This document shows, in pieces, positions 22,601-42,801 of a stretch of 64,000 nt of DNA. The DNA comes from Macrostomum lignano. Lineage: Eukaryota. The stretch lies in assembly GCA_002269645.1 (NCBI GenBank), contig NIVC01001783.1, positions 62,001-126,000 on the forward strand, given 5' to 3'. The notes under the pieces were generated by a model, which did no database searches, was not told the DNA's origin, and saw nothing but the letters and a program-made list of their open reading frames with translations. The translations under genes were made by a program, and so were the position numbers. The first letter of the stretch is position 1. The number at the start of each line of letters is the position of its first letter.

Positions 22601-25600
22601 CTTTGTTTAGATATTGTGTTGTTATTTATTACCAAGTACCTATTAACCTATTCGTCTTGTTGTGTCGTAGTCTTTGTCTACTGTAATTTTTTATGATTTT
22701 TTGAAACTAATAATCTGAATTTTATATGAGGACAAAATCTTTTTTAAGCTCCTTGTCATTTCTTGAGGGCAATTAATATGATCCAATTTTTTTTGGCTTA
22801 TTGTCAGTTGCTGCCGTTTGGCTGCTGCTGCGGGGGTGGTGGGTGCTGTGGGGGTGTTTGGTGGGTGCTGTGGGGTGTTTGGTGGGTGCTGTGGGCGTGT
22901 TTGGTGGGTGCTGTGGGCGTGTTTGGTGGGTGCTGTGGGGTGTTTGGTGGGTGCTGTGGGCGTGTTTGGTGGGTGCTGTGGGCGTGTTTGGTGGGTGCTG
23001 TGGGGTGTTTGGTGGGTGCTGTGGGCGTGTTTGGTGGGTGCTGTGGGCGTGTTTGGTGGGTGCTGTGGTCGTGTTTGGTGGGTGTTGTGGGCGTGTTTGG
23101 TGGGTGCTGTGGGCGTGTTTGGTGGGTGCTGTGGGAGTGTTTGGTGGGTGCTGTGGGGTTGTGAGTGGGTGGTGGGTTGGGTGCTGTGGGGATTGTGATG
23201 GAGGGTGCTACTGAGGTGATATGTGCTGTGGAAGTGGTGGGTGGGTGCTGTGAGGTTGTGAGTGGGTTCTGCTGGGGTGGTGGGTGCTGTGGGGTAATAT
23301 CATGTAATAGATTTGAATTTGCTTAAATTCTAAATTCCAATGTATTTGAATTCGTGTCGTGTCAAAAAGAAAACATCATTTTTTTGATAATTTGCATGTA
23401 CTTTAATTCAGACCTTTAGTTCATCCTTACCTTAGTTTCAACATCCCGGATATAATATTACAAGTACAGTTTTATTACTAACCTGGCTACTATTCGTTGT
23501 AATACCTTTTCCTGTTTATATCAATAATCGCATTATTAAATAGCATCGTTTGCACCCGCCCTTGCAGAGCCCAAGTTCATGAATTTGCCTAGCAACTTGT
23601 CCATTCCACCGGCGCAGTCGCCAACAAGCGAGTCTGCAGCGTCAGCAGCCGCCACTTCAGCTTCGTTCGTTCGTCCAGCGGCTGTGCTGGCCGTTTTGGA
23701 CAGTCCAGACGGGGCCAGCCGCTCTCCTGCCGCTGTTGCCGAGTAAGTTCTTGGGGTGTACTTTTATGAGCTAATTACTAGTCCTATATACTAAAATTTA
23801 CCGTTTTTTTAGCCTATAGTTGTTGAATTGAATTAGCCTACTAAAAGTAAAGTAATTTGCATTTTACTAACAATAAATTATAAATCGCGACCAATTTGCA
23901 GAAATGGTCATATAAATCTATTTACTACATTGTTAAAAGCAACAAGCAGCTTTAGAAGAAAGTTGAGGTCTGTTCATTAAAGTTTGAGAAAATTATTTTT
24001 GTTTTCATTAGTGTTAACTATACTACTGACAAGTAACAAGCTGTGTTTTCAATAGAATTTTCTAATGATTTAAATTCTATTCAAGCGTGCTAAACATTAG
24101 AAGCAATATTTAAGAAATCGATCCTACCTTTTTGTTTAACTAATAACTCTTTCTAACTGTTAGGATTGATTTGTGGTTTTTAATTAATACAATCTAACTG
24201 ACTCACTACTACAAGTTCCAGTGTCTCACAGCCTTCGTCTGATTTCTTTACTTCAAATTCCGGCTTATGCTTCTTCGATCCTACCTCGTTTTAAAAAATA
24301 TTATTTTTAACTCTTTCCTATCTTTATAAATCTTGGTATTTTGCAATCCATTGCTATGACAATGTTCCTGTCTGACACTGTTCGTCTGAACTTTCAATGT
24401 TCTTTTCGTGCTTGCTGACTGCGTTTGTGACCTAAATTCCGTAAATCGGTTTATTAGTTCTGCTTGTGACAAAAAAGCATGCAAATCCCCGTTGGTTGCC
24501 TAATCCCTTCAGTCACTGGATTTAATCCCCTTCAGTCACTGGGATGCTAATCCCCTGTCAGTCACTATGCTAATCCCTGTCAGTCACTGGGATGCTAATC
24601 CCCTGTCAAACACTGGGATGCTAATCCCCTGTCAGTCACTGGGTGCTAATCCCTTCAGTCACTCACTGGGTTGCTATCCCCCCTGTCAGTCACTGGGGTG
24701 CTATCTCCCCTGTCAGTCACTGGGATGCTAATCCCCTTCAGTCACTCACTGCTAATCCCCTGTCAGTCACTGGGATGCTAATCCCCTGTCAGTCACTGGG
24801 ATGCTATCCCCCCTGTCAGTCACTGGGGTGCTATCCCCTGTCCTCACTCTAATCCCCTGTCAGTCACTGGGATGCTAATCCCCTGTCAAACACTGGGATC
24901 TACTGGGATGCCCCTGTCAAACACTGGGATGCTAATCCCCTGTCAGTCAACATGCTAATCCCTCAGTCAAACTGGGGTGCTATCCCCTGTCAGTCACTGG
25001 GATGCTAATCCCAGTCTGGGGTCCCCTGGGGTGCTAATCACCCTGTCAGTCCTGGGGTGCAGTCCCCTGTCAGTCACTAATCCCCTGTCCCCTGTCAGCA
25101 CTGGGATCCCTAGTCATCCCTGTCAGTCACTGGGATGCTAATCCCCTGTCAGTCACTGGGGTGCTAATTTCCTGTGCGGCACTTCTAAAAGACGCAAGTT
25201 TCAGCATTTCTTGTGATTGTATGCGTGTCACCGGATTAAAATTGCTATTAGTTTTTGAAACAATTGTTAACTTGGTATGTTAACTGATAACATTAGTATG
25301 CTTATTGCAAAATAAATTAGTTGTGTATAAATCCATAACTCCCCATATTTCAGTTTATATCGATTGTTAATGTTAAGGAATAACAAGTTAAAATCGTTTA
25401 AGCCCAGGTGTAGTTGTATACTAATTGCTATTCTGCATGCCAAATATGAAATTGAAAATTAACTTGGTAATAAAATTCGAAATCTCGTAATAACCGTGCA
25501 AATGTGAGACTGATTGCATTTTATGCCCTGCTATGCCTGAAAATCACGATTGTGTTTTCTTCACAGAGTCAGTTTAACCCTTGCAATTTAACCCAACCTT

Positions 25601-26522
25601 CCCGCGTGCTTTTAAATATCCAGGTGATTTTCTATTCAAAACTAACAGTTCTGACCAGTGTGATATTAATATTAGCTGACAATGGTAACTGGAATGAATC
25701 ATTTCTGATGTTAGTTGTCTATTTTGGAAACATTAATTGGCATTCTGGTAACTTCCCTTTCTTCAACTACTTTATCTTGCCAACACCACACTTCCTTTCC
25801 CACACTGCCTTCTCCGCACTCTCTTCCCCACACTCCCCTACACTCCCTTCCCTACACTCCCGTCCCTACACTCCCGTCCCTACACTCCCTTCCTACACTC
25901 CCTTCCTACACTCCCTTCCCTTCACTTCCGTCCCTACACTCCCTTCCCTACACTTCCTTCCCTACACTCCCTTCCCTACACTCCCTTCCCTACACTCCAT
26001 TCCCTACACTCCCGTCCCTACACTCCCTTCCCTACACTCCCTTCCCTACACTCCTTTCCCTACACTCCCTACACTCCCTTTCCTGCACTTCCCTAAACCC
26101 CTTTCCCTAAGGTAAGTATCTTTTTACAAGAGCAGACATTCCATTTGTTTGCAACACCAATAGTTATTGTTGAACAATAACCTATATAATAATATGCATA
26201 TTCAATCAAATAAATACAAACTTATTTGCTATATCTGTATTGATATTGTAGTACACGCTCCCAAGCCGGTTCCGCCGGAGGAACACAGCGGACTCAGCCG
26301 CCGCAGTCCCCCGTTCGTCATAAAAAGCTCCAAGCGCCAGTGCCGCCATCGCCTCAGCAACCGCAGCAGCAGCAGCCACAGCAACATTCTCGCCAAGCTT
26401 CAATAGGCGGCAGTGGCAGTTGTAGCTCAACAGAAACTTCTTTAACTGCAGCAGCCGTAACTAAGCAGCAACCATCAAGCCAGTTGCAACCTGTTGATTC
26501 AAATGAGGTCACGAACTTTTAA
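9292..26522 (+). CDS. BAR-domain RhoGAP of the ARHGAP17/ARHGAP44/SH3BP1 (RICH/nadrin) family, ~706 aa, 8 exons
   Basis: Exons 9292-9749, 10441-10649, 12328-12668, 13432-13836, 15055-15208, 20942-21049, 23568-23742, 26252-26522. All introns are GT-AG and phases are consistent (2121 nt). Motifs: helical BAR-like N-terminus, YGTPLGDHLSRTGRRIAYVIDVC, EE|GLFRV (arginine finger), ALKKYLKQLPEPLI, NKMSPKNLGICIGPN, IVENLIVHHD, a Pro/Gln-rich tail and C-terminal EVTNF (class I PDZ-ligand-like). An acceptor sits just before the ATG, so upstream exons are possible. Confidence 0.88.
9765..9951. mobile_element. Palindromic non-autonomous element bounded by TCTATGG direct repeats (candidate non-autonomous Crypton), RhoGAP intron 1
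   Basis: The arms (CAACC...GGCCGTTTCT.TTGGCAACACACACATGTAAGTCGCTATTGG) are inverted about a central AGTCACGTGACT (9851-9862). TCTATGG occurs at 9765-9771 and 9945-9951. Confidence 0.7.
10010..10320 (-). repeat. ~21-bp minisatellite (GATTCTTAGGGGTGAGATTGG), reverse-oriented member of the AATCTCACCCCTAAGAAT family
   Basis: Reverse complement of the units at 10750-11030 and 13925-14990. Confidence 0.85.
10750..12315 (+). repeat. Intronic minisatellite: ~21-bp AATCTCACCCCTAAGAAT units grading into a 48-bp unit
   Basis: The 48-bp unit CCAATCTCACCCTCTAGCAGTCTATCCAATGTCACTCTAAGAATCGGT explains the repeated GPILRVTLDRLLEGEI ORFs. The array ends ~12 nt before the exon 3 acceptor. Confidence 0.95.
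12820..13370. repeat. 42-bp intronic minisatellite
   Basis: Unit AATCAATAATCTGGAAGCTAGTAGGGATTTCCAGGATTCCGC; source of the spurious 14-aa repeat ORFs on both strands. Confidence 0.95.
13925..14990 (+). repeat. ~21-bp intronic minisatellite (AATCTCACCCCTAAGAATCGC family)
   Basis: Direct inspection; same family as the arrays in RhoGAP introns 1 and 2. Confidence 0.92.
15222..15489 (-). mobile_element. tRNA-derived SINE with a CORE-like central domain
   Basis: The minus strand reads TGTAGCCTAGTGGTTAGAGC (A box)...GGTTCGATTC (B box), then GTCCTTGAGAAAGACACTTAACTCTGCATTGCTTCAGTTCCCCCAGCTGTAAAATGGG, which resembles the CORE-SINE core. It ends in a short repetitive tail. Confidence 0.8.
16085..19020. 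repeat. 37/39-bp satellite array (~2.9 kb) with a 538-bp higher-order repeat
   Basis: Units CTCTGGGATCTAGGATTTTATAATTGGGGATCAAATTAT (39 bp) and CTGGGATCTAGGATTTCATAATTAGGGATCAAATTAT (37 bp). Identical ORFs at 16552 and 17090 are offset by 538 bp. Confidence 0.95.
19030..19465. repeat. 20-bp minisatellite (AGAGAGTGACATTCAGTGTC)
   Basis: Direct inspection. Confidence 0.95.
19915..23295. repeat. Tandem duplication of a cassette: C-rich (CCACCCCACTCCACACC) array, ~620-bp unique segment containing RhoGAP exon 6, then G-rich (GGGTGTTTGGTGGGTGCTGT) array
   Basis: The unique segment ~20665-21290 recurs at ~22190-22825. C-rich arrays lie at 19915-20665 and 21510-22190; G-rich arrays at 21300-21510 and 22830-23295. 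Confidence 0.9.
22465..22568 (+). pseudogene. Degenerate second copy of RhoGAP exon 6
   Basis: Compared with 20942-21049, the acceptor G is lost (GCCAG|ATCTG becomes GCCAATCTG). It also has several 1-nt indels and a 3-nt deletion. Confidence 0.8.
24500..25170. repeat. ~25-bp minisatellite (CCCTGTCAGTCACTGGGATGCTAATC), degenerate in its 3' half
   Basis: Direct inspection. Confidence 0.9.
25820..26090. repeat. Pyrimidine-rich ~14-bp minisatellite (CCTTCCCTACACTC)
   Basis: Direct inspection; source of the PTLPSLHS repeat ORFs. Confidence 0.9.
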
Positions 26523-27744
26523 AATCTGTTTTATTCTATTTAACGGCTGCTGCTGTTGTGACTCCTTGTTTTTCTGCCTGACGAAATCAAATAAATTTAA
26601 AATCAGCTTTTTTCTCTAAATTCTCACTATCCTATTATATGTACTCTACTTTTGCTACTTATTACTCTCCTCGGCAGTAGTGTGTCACCGACCGACAGCT
26701 GCAATATTAACAAAGGAACATTTTTTAATAATAGTTATTTCTCTGTTTCTATGTACATATTATATAATAATAGGTTAATCAGCTTATAAATATTTTTCCT
26801 GCTCTTGTCTTTGTTTCTCTATAAATATGTTTATGAGTGATGAATCATTGAGGGCCGGTCAATGTGTATAAATATATGAATATATTGAGATTCATCTCTA
26901 ATCTCCTTGCAAGCCAGAATTGTGATTTGATCTCATTAAGATTTACAAAATAATATTGAATATTATCTGCAATACGCTTCATTCACGTAATGCTACTAGT
27001 TTTTGTGATACAAATTATATAGAGACTGTGTGTCTGAACTTATTTGGCAATCATATACATATATAATGTTAATAATATTGTCACATTTTTCCGTTGGTTA
27101 AAAATTTTATGTTGTTGTTATTGTTTGACTGAGTTTGTTTCTGTGTGCTTATATTTTGTTTTAATTAAATCAATTAATTCAAATTGGCGCCGGTAATGTA
27201 CGCATATTACATTACTTATTTGGTTAGTGACCATAATACAGTTATGGATTACCCTCTGAACAAATCTGATTTCGGGTTGAGGCAATAATCAAGAAACATG
27301 CTTACATTGAAGTAATCCCTTGCATGCTTTAAATTAAATTTAGTTATTTCCTTGCAATATCTAGATCAATCGTTGTAACGCAGTGTCCACAGTTTTTATT
27401 CATGATAGTAAAGCTTTTATTAATATTTTATTTATTATTAAACTCGCACCGTTAGTCCCATTTTAAGGTTTGTGTTAATTTTTGCCTCTATATTCACCTC
27501 CCTCTGTTTTGTTTCCAATTGTATTACTTATGAGTGTTTATATATAGCAGTTATTCACGCATCTAAGCAATTAATGTGCAAATAAAATTCTACCATAAAT
27601 AAATATATATGCGAGCTTTTGTTGGATTATAAAGCGCTTCTAAAATCAAGCATTTCTGTGAGTTGAATTTGATTTTTTCATTTGCTGATTGTGGTTCTTT
27701 AACATAGAAATATCGGATAGCTAATTCAAAGACTGGGTATCTTA

Positions 27745-28400
27745 GAAAGGTTTGAGGCCATAGACATCACTTCAATCTAGGATTTCGTTTTTTGGAAATG
27801 TCCTGAGGCCATAGGCATCACTTCAGTCTAGGATCTCGTTTTTTGGAAATGTCCTGAGGCCATAGACATCACTTCAATCTAGGATTTCGTTTCTTGGAAA
27901 GATCCTAAGGCCATAGACATCACTTCAATCTAGGATTTCGTTTCTTGGAAAGGTCCTGAGGCCATAGACATCACTTCAATCTAGGATTTCGTTTCTTGGA
28001 AATGTCCTGAGGCCATAGGCATCACTTCAATCTAGGATTTCGTTTTTTGGAAATGTCCTGAGGCCATAGACATCACTTCAATCTAGGATTTCGTTTCTTG
28101 GAAAGGTCCTGAGGCCATAGACATCACTTCAATCTAGGATTTCGTTTCTTGGAAAGGTCCTGAGGCCATAGACATCACTTCAATCTAGGATTTCGTTTCT
28201 TGGAAAGATCCTGAGGCCATAGACATCACTTCAATCTAGGATTTCGTTTCTTGGAAAGGTCCTGAGGCCATAGACATCACTTCAATCTAGGATTTCGTTT
28301 CTTGGAAAGGTCCTGAGGCCATAGACATCACTTCAATCTAGGATTTCGTTTCTTGGAAAGGTCTTGAAGCCATAGACATCACTTTAATCTAAGCGTTTCT
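27745..28400. repeat. 51-bp intergenic minisatellite, ~13 copies
   Basis: Unit GAGGCCATAGACATCACTTCAATCTAGGATTTCGTTTCTTGGAAAGGTCCT. Confidence 0.95.
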
Positions 28401-28963
28401 TAGAAATGTCTTGGACCATCAACATTACTCCAAATATTAGGTTTCTTGGAAAGTTCGTATTTTAAGGCTAATACTGTGCTTCTTAGAAACTTGGTCTTGA
28501 ACATCAGCGCTCTCCACAGGTCCATAGACGTCTCTTAAAACAAATCCTGAGTTTGCAAGAAAGGCATCGCGCATAAACGGTCGTTTAAATCTAAGATTTA
28601 GTTTGTAAACATGCTTCAACCAAGTGCCTATTCAACTTGAAAAACGAAGGGCGCACATGCATAATACATAGCTGGTACATATGGTCAATTTTTTCAAGCT
28701 AAATTTCCTGTGTATAGTAGCAAGCACTAGAATTGTTAGATAACAAATCACTGCACGTGTCTTATCTAGTAACAATCTCAGTACATTCTGGAATTGATTG
28801 CTGTACAACCCAGTGGGGCGTATAGCTATTGGTCAAGTAGGAAATGGTGCTGCCTCTATAATAGCTTAATTGGGTTCCTATAATTGTATGTAATGCTAGC
28901 ACACTTGGAATTTTTGCAGCCAGCTTAATCAGTGTATAAAAGTCTAGAGAAACAATAAAAACA

Positions 28964-38121
<9,158 letters not shown>

Positions 38122-39372
38122 TTGCAAATGAGTTCGATTCGAATATTGCGATTTGCGGGTCTTAAGACCACTTGACTATGTAATTGACAGCTTGATTATG
38201 ATTATGATTGCATTCATATTCACTACTCGCGACAATAATTTGGTTCTGGTTAAATTGAATGAAAGACTTACTATTCAATGCGGTAAAGATATCAATTCGG
38301 TAGTCTTACGAGCGTATCGTGATTAATTAAAGTAACCGGTAATGTTTCATTTATTATGACTCATTTTTGCTGCATCAGTCATCATCATGTTCTTTATTAA
38401 AGCTTTCCCACTCCAGAACCAGCAATTCAGTGTGGAACTTCGCAGAGTCAAAGTTCGTCTAGCAAAATTGTCACATTCTTATCAATCACATATTAGCGAT
38501 CAAGTGTGATTTCGGCGTTTTGAAGCGATTCCATTGCGGTTACCAGTTGCCTTGTATAGAAAATCATACAAAATCAAACATGTACACTGCACTACCCATG
38601 CAATGGAGGGTCAGTCGGCTGAAATGAGATAACAGCCATGAGCTAAGCCATTCTAAAATATAATGCGAGGGGTGGGACGGCTAATAGCCACTCTTAGGAA
38701 AGACCTCAATAACCTCAACCGCCGATAAAATAAGCCAAGCCAAGATTTGGGGGGTTGGGGGGGGGGGCTGGGGCTGTTGCAATTTGTAACGAACGCCTGT
38801 TGGCCGGTCATGAAATCGATAAACCCACCATGCACCTCACTCCACACGCGCGGGAGCTGGATTAAATTGAAAGAGCATTAGAAAGTCAATAATAGCTCTA
38901 TTGTAAGGAAGAGGGAGTTGACGACCTTGCTAGAAAATCGATAATCTTCACTCACCCCATTCACGCACTCTGTGGGATTTAGCTTAATAGCACTTTGGCT
39001 GTACACAGCTAAAACAGTAAAAAAGTTCGCAACAAATCGTGACAATCACGTGGGCAAGGTTAGTATGTATGTACACTCGTAAATTATATAGATAGCTTAT
39101 CATGCGGGATATACAACCACCTACATGCACTATCTATGTACTCGTACTTAAAGCATTTATCAGCGCTTTAGAGACTAACTAACAGACACACTTGTGTAAT
39201 TAATCGAAAATGCAGTTTTTCGATTTGCAATTCAGCATTTCATTTCGACGATTTTTTTATTATTTAGGATCGCAACAGTACGGCGGGTGTTTAATTTTTT
39301 AACAACTGTACTGACTTAAGTAGTTGCATATTGCATTTTGCCTATAGCTACTGACTGAGTGGTTGTTTTAGG

Positions 39373-39447
39373 GGGGCCGTAGCCCAGCGGTAGCGCAGCT
39401 GCTCTGGTGTGCCAGCGACCCAAGCTCGATTCCAAGTGCAGTCACAT
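39373..39447 (+). mobile_element. tRNA-like SINE head (second family)
   Basis: GGGGCCGTAGCCCAGCGGTAG (A box)...GCTCGATTCCAAGTGCAGTCAC (variant B box). No intact cloverleaf. Confidence 0.65.
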
Positions 39448-40329
39448 TAATTTGGGGCTGAATTGGAATCTCGGCTTGGCTCGGCTCGTGCAATTAACGG
39501 CCTTGAGAGCCAACCCCCCAAGGCGCAGTGAAGTGTACATGCCTAACGATAAAATGAAGTTAGGGCCGCTGTACACTCCTGTGTGAGTGTGTGCCTGCGT
39601 ACGTATCCGCGCGCTTGTATGCCTGCTCAGGGGAGTCGGCGGAATGGGCAGTAATGCCTCTCGCCGGTGTGCCCATGTCGCTTAAAGTGCGCCAGGGTGC
39701 ACACAACCCCCCTGCCTCTAATAAAAAAAGAGTGGTTGTTTTAAAGAAGTACCGTCTCCATTGGGTATAAGTGCTCTTTATACAGAATACGTAACGTTCT
39801 GTCACAGTTTTAAATTAAATTGATTTGAGTCATTGCTTCTATCTACAAAGAAAGTAAAAGCACTAGAATAATTGATTAATATATTTTATGATAATACATT
39901 TGATATGATTTTAGAACGAAAGAAAAAAATTATTATAAAAAGCTAGTGAATAAAATATTTTTCAACGTAACTGGAGTTAAAATCTCTTGTGCAAACTTCG
40001 TATCACACTATAGAAGTTTCAACTACATTTAAACAAAAAGTGAACTTCACTCTCTACCCCCACATGACAACTTGGGCAGGTCCGATACCTCGTAAGGGAT
40101 CTTTGGTTGCGAAGTCCATTGCCTGTTTCACAGGAATTCTGGATTAGACATTTCTATGACATACTTTTCGGTTGAGTCAGTACCATTTGAAGCTGCAGTA
40201 AAAGTGACTTATAGCTCTACAGAGTTCTTCTTTACTCTGTCTCCAGTGTCTCGTAAATTCTGGTTCAAAACTAACTTAAAAGTGTGTTCTGAATTCTGAT
40301 TGATTTCGCTATACTCGTCCATGTTGGCA

Positions 40330-40541
40330 GTTTTGCATCATTTTGCTATTCATTTTGCTTGTACGAGTAATACCCAACCTCACTGTAAACTTGGTCTCCG
40401 ACTAGTCTCAAGATGATGGAGTCTGGGCCATTTGCTAGTGAGACCCGGTGCTGAATTGAAAATTGATGTGACTGCACTTGGAATCGAGCCTGGGCCGCTG
40501 GCACATCAGAGCGCCGCTCCAGACCACTGGGCTACGGCCCC
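40330..40541 (-). mobile_element. tRNA-like SINE copy, inverted relative to 39373-39447
   Basis: The minus strand reads GGGGCCGTAGCCCAGTGGTCTGGAGCGGCGCTCTGATGTGCCAGCGGCCCAGGCTCGATTCCAAGTGCAGTCACAT. The extent of the body is approximate. Confidence 0.65.
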
Positions 40542-42138
40542 TTGGTTCTGGCGCCCCTTGGTGCTGTCAACCCTCTTCCAGCAAAGAATACTGGCTTGGC
40601 TTTTATAATTATTAATAATAATATTATTATTATTAATATGATATCATTACAATATGTTACTCACCATGAGACTGGTCAAAGAACAATAGCACCAATGATG
40701 CCCCATGGCTACGAACAGGTATATATAAAGGAGAAAAGAAATGAAAGAAGACAAAGGGAGAGGATGGAAAGAGAATAAGACAAAGAAAAGAGAAGTCTAA
40801 AAACTGATCAAGGTGGTCTTTGAGACTCCTGGATCTTGAGAATAGGTGCCAGGATTAGCAAATGCTGCAGGTAGAGCATTCTATAGTTTACAGTAGATGA
40901 GAATGAAGCACCTCTTCTGTTGTCTAAAGCAGAAAGGAAAGGAAGTCTAAAGCAGAAGCCGTTTGCTGTTTGCTGTTAGAACGGAGACCATGGTGGGACC
41001 GTGGAGCAAAAGGAAGGAGGAGCTGCTGAAGCTCACTGGTGCCTTGACCCCGCAGAAGTCTATGGACAAAGCAAGTCCACCGACAGTTCTGCGAGTCCCA
41101 AGGCTATGGAACCTGGCAGGAGTCCCCAGTGATCCTGACAGCCTTCTGCTCGAAACGGTCCAATAAAGTAAGATGGGACTCACTGGCAGATCAACCATAC
41201 AACAGAAAAGTACTCAAGGAATTGAAGCTTTTGATATTTCTTACCTGTCAGATAGCTTTTTTAACCGTTTTCGACAATAATGATTTTGTCCTGATGTTAA
41301 TCCGGGATTAGGAAAATAAATAAAATGAGAAATATGGCCGCCTGGATAGCTAAAAATATTTCAGATATTCAAAGCTAGCTATAGGTTTTCCGCCACGGTT
41401 CTGCGACCAAGGCTAAGGGAGTCAAGTCGTAGTAGGAAACTGATGAAACGAGAGAAATTGGTTTTGCAATATCACTGGGACAATGAGTCTGCTTTAGGAC
41501 GGATGAAAAAACTGTAGATAAATTAGAATTTTTTACCTTAGTTTCACCTGTGCAAGTTGCGGGATCCAATTCGACCCTGTGATTGACAGTTGAAGAAAAA
41601 TAAAAGAATTTATCAATTTATATTAAAGCATAGTCTATATTCTGTTTAATACATTTCTAAGAACCTTACAGAGCCGATAAAAAGAAAGTAAGTATTGGGA
41701 TTAAGTATACTCAGGTAAGGACGTAGACTTATCGGAACATCCCATGAATAATAAATCTACTTGAGTTGGTGCAGACGTGTGTGCAGACAAACAGAAGCAA
41801 ACTGTCTGTCTTTCCAATATTATTCAACTTATTCGCCCACGCTCTGATCGGATGCCAAGTCTTCGACTGGACTATGCAAAGCCGATCGGAAAAGTCATTC
41901 GCTCACACTGGAGACAGAAAACCGCTTTTAGAATTGGAAATTAATGTTCCCGATTTCTGATTGGGGGATCAAGGATACAGTCGGGACTAGGGAATAGCAC
42001 TATTTAATCCTAGATGACAGGGAGGGATCGGGGATCGCTGCTCATAGCTAACACATATCAGTGTTATTTAATTGCAAAATCTGCAATTCGTTAACGGACT
42101 ACTCTAGTACAAACTCAACCGACTGCTCCAAGCACGCA

Positions 42139-42801
42139 ATGACGTCGGCTTCAACAGCGCAGCGGTCAGTGTCTCGCAGGCTGCTAGCTCTGGTCGCCAT
42201 AGCTACAGCCGCCGCCGTCCTGGTGGCAGACCAGGGCGGTGTCGAAGCTTTCGCCGCTGGCCGAATGGAGCCGGACGGTGAGGCGGCCGACGGCGGACAG
42301 AGACCCTCGACGTGGCTGGCGATGAAACGACATTGGCTCCGAGAGAGGAACGGAGACAGGCTGGTTCGGTGAGTACTTTTTCAATATAAGACAAATCTTA
42401 GACAAGCTCATTCTTAGACAAATCCCACCGGATGTACTATGATATGATAGCAATTTACCGGTACTGTATTGTAGAAAACTGAATCTGTTTTTGGCTGTCC
42501 TCAAAAATTCTGTCGGCACCCGAAGGACCCTCATTGCAAAGTAAACTTGCAATAAACTATAGCTTGCTAGTCATGTTTTATTAGGGCTGCTACTCTGAAT
42601 TCCAGTCCTTTAGGATGTAGGCCGTAGGGTTAGTGAATATAAAACCCTATAGCCTGCGACTCATTACAGTGTAATACTCACTCAGTAAAGTTGTCATCAC
42701 CCAGTCTGCATGCTCTCAAAACATATCATTTCAGCAACAGGAAGTGGTGGCCAGTCAAGTACTGGGAGGTTCCGCCGGAGGAGATCGAAGTTCGTCGATG
42801 A
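42139..42801 (+). CDS. Putative secreted Trp-rich prepropeptide, 98 aa, 2 exons
   Basis: Exons 42139-42368 (CG|gtgagt) and 42735-42801 (ttTCAG|C), 297 nt in frame. Hydrophobic signal segment LLALVAIATAAAVLVA, basic sites KR, RK and terminal RR, and GC-rich exon composition like the neighbouring genes. Confidence 0.7.

Noticed and set aside
19959-23214. His/Pro/Thr-rich and Gly/Val/Trp/Cys-rich ORFs of up to 313 aa
   Set aside because: These are translations of CCACC and GGTGG arrays that lack stop codons in most frames.
27745-28400. CRISPR-like appearance of regular arrays here and at 37436-37915
   Set aside because: The units are contiguous with no unique spacers, there are no cas genes, and the context is eukaryotic.
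28935-28941. TATAAAA upstream of ALDH8A1
   Set aside because: It lies only ~22 nt before the ATG in AT-rich DNA, which would leave almost no 5'UTR. Not supportable without TSS data.
38653-38847. DFMTGQQAFV motif faintly like non-LTR RT (DFLTGRQQ.V)
   Set aside because: The match is too short and there are no flanking RT motifs in frame.
39373-39447. Possible functional tRNA gene
   Set aside because: The A/B-box-like head lacks a consistent anticodon arm and acceptor stem and has a diverged second copy, so it is treated as a SINE head.
40950-41200. GC-richer stretch with open frames on both strands
   Set aside because: No recognisable motif and no convincing splice-site pair; possibly old transposon debris.
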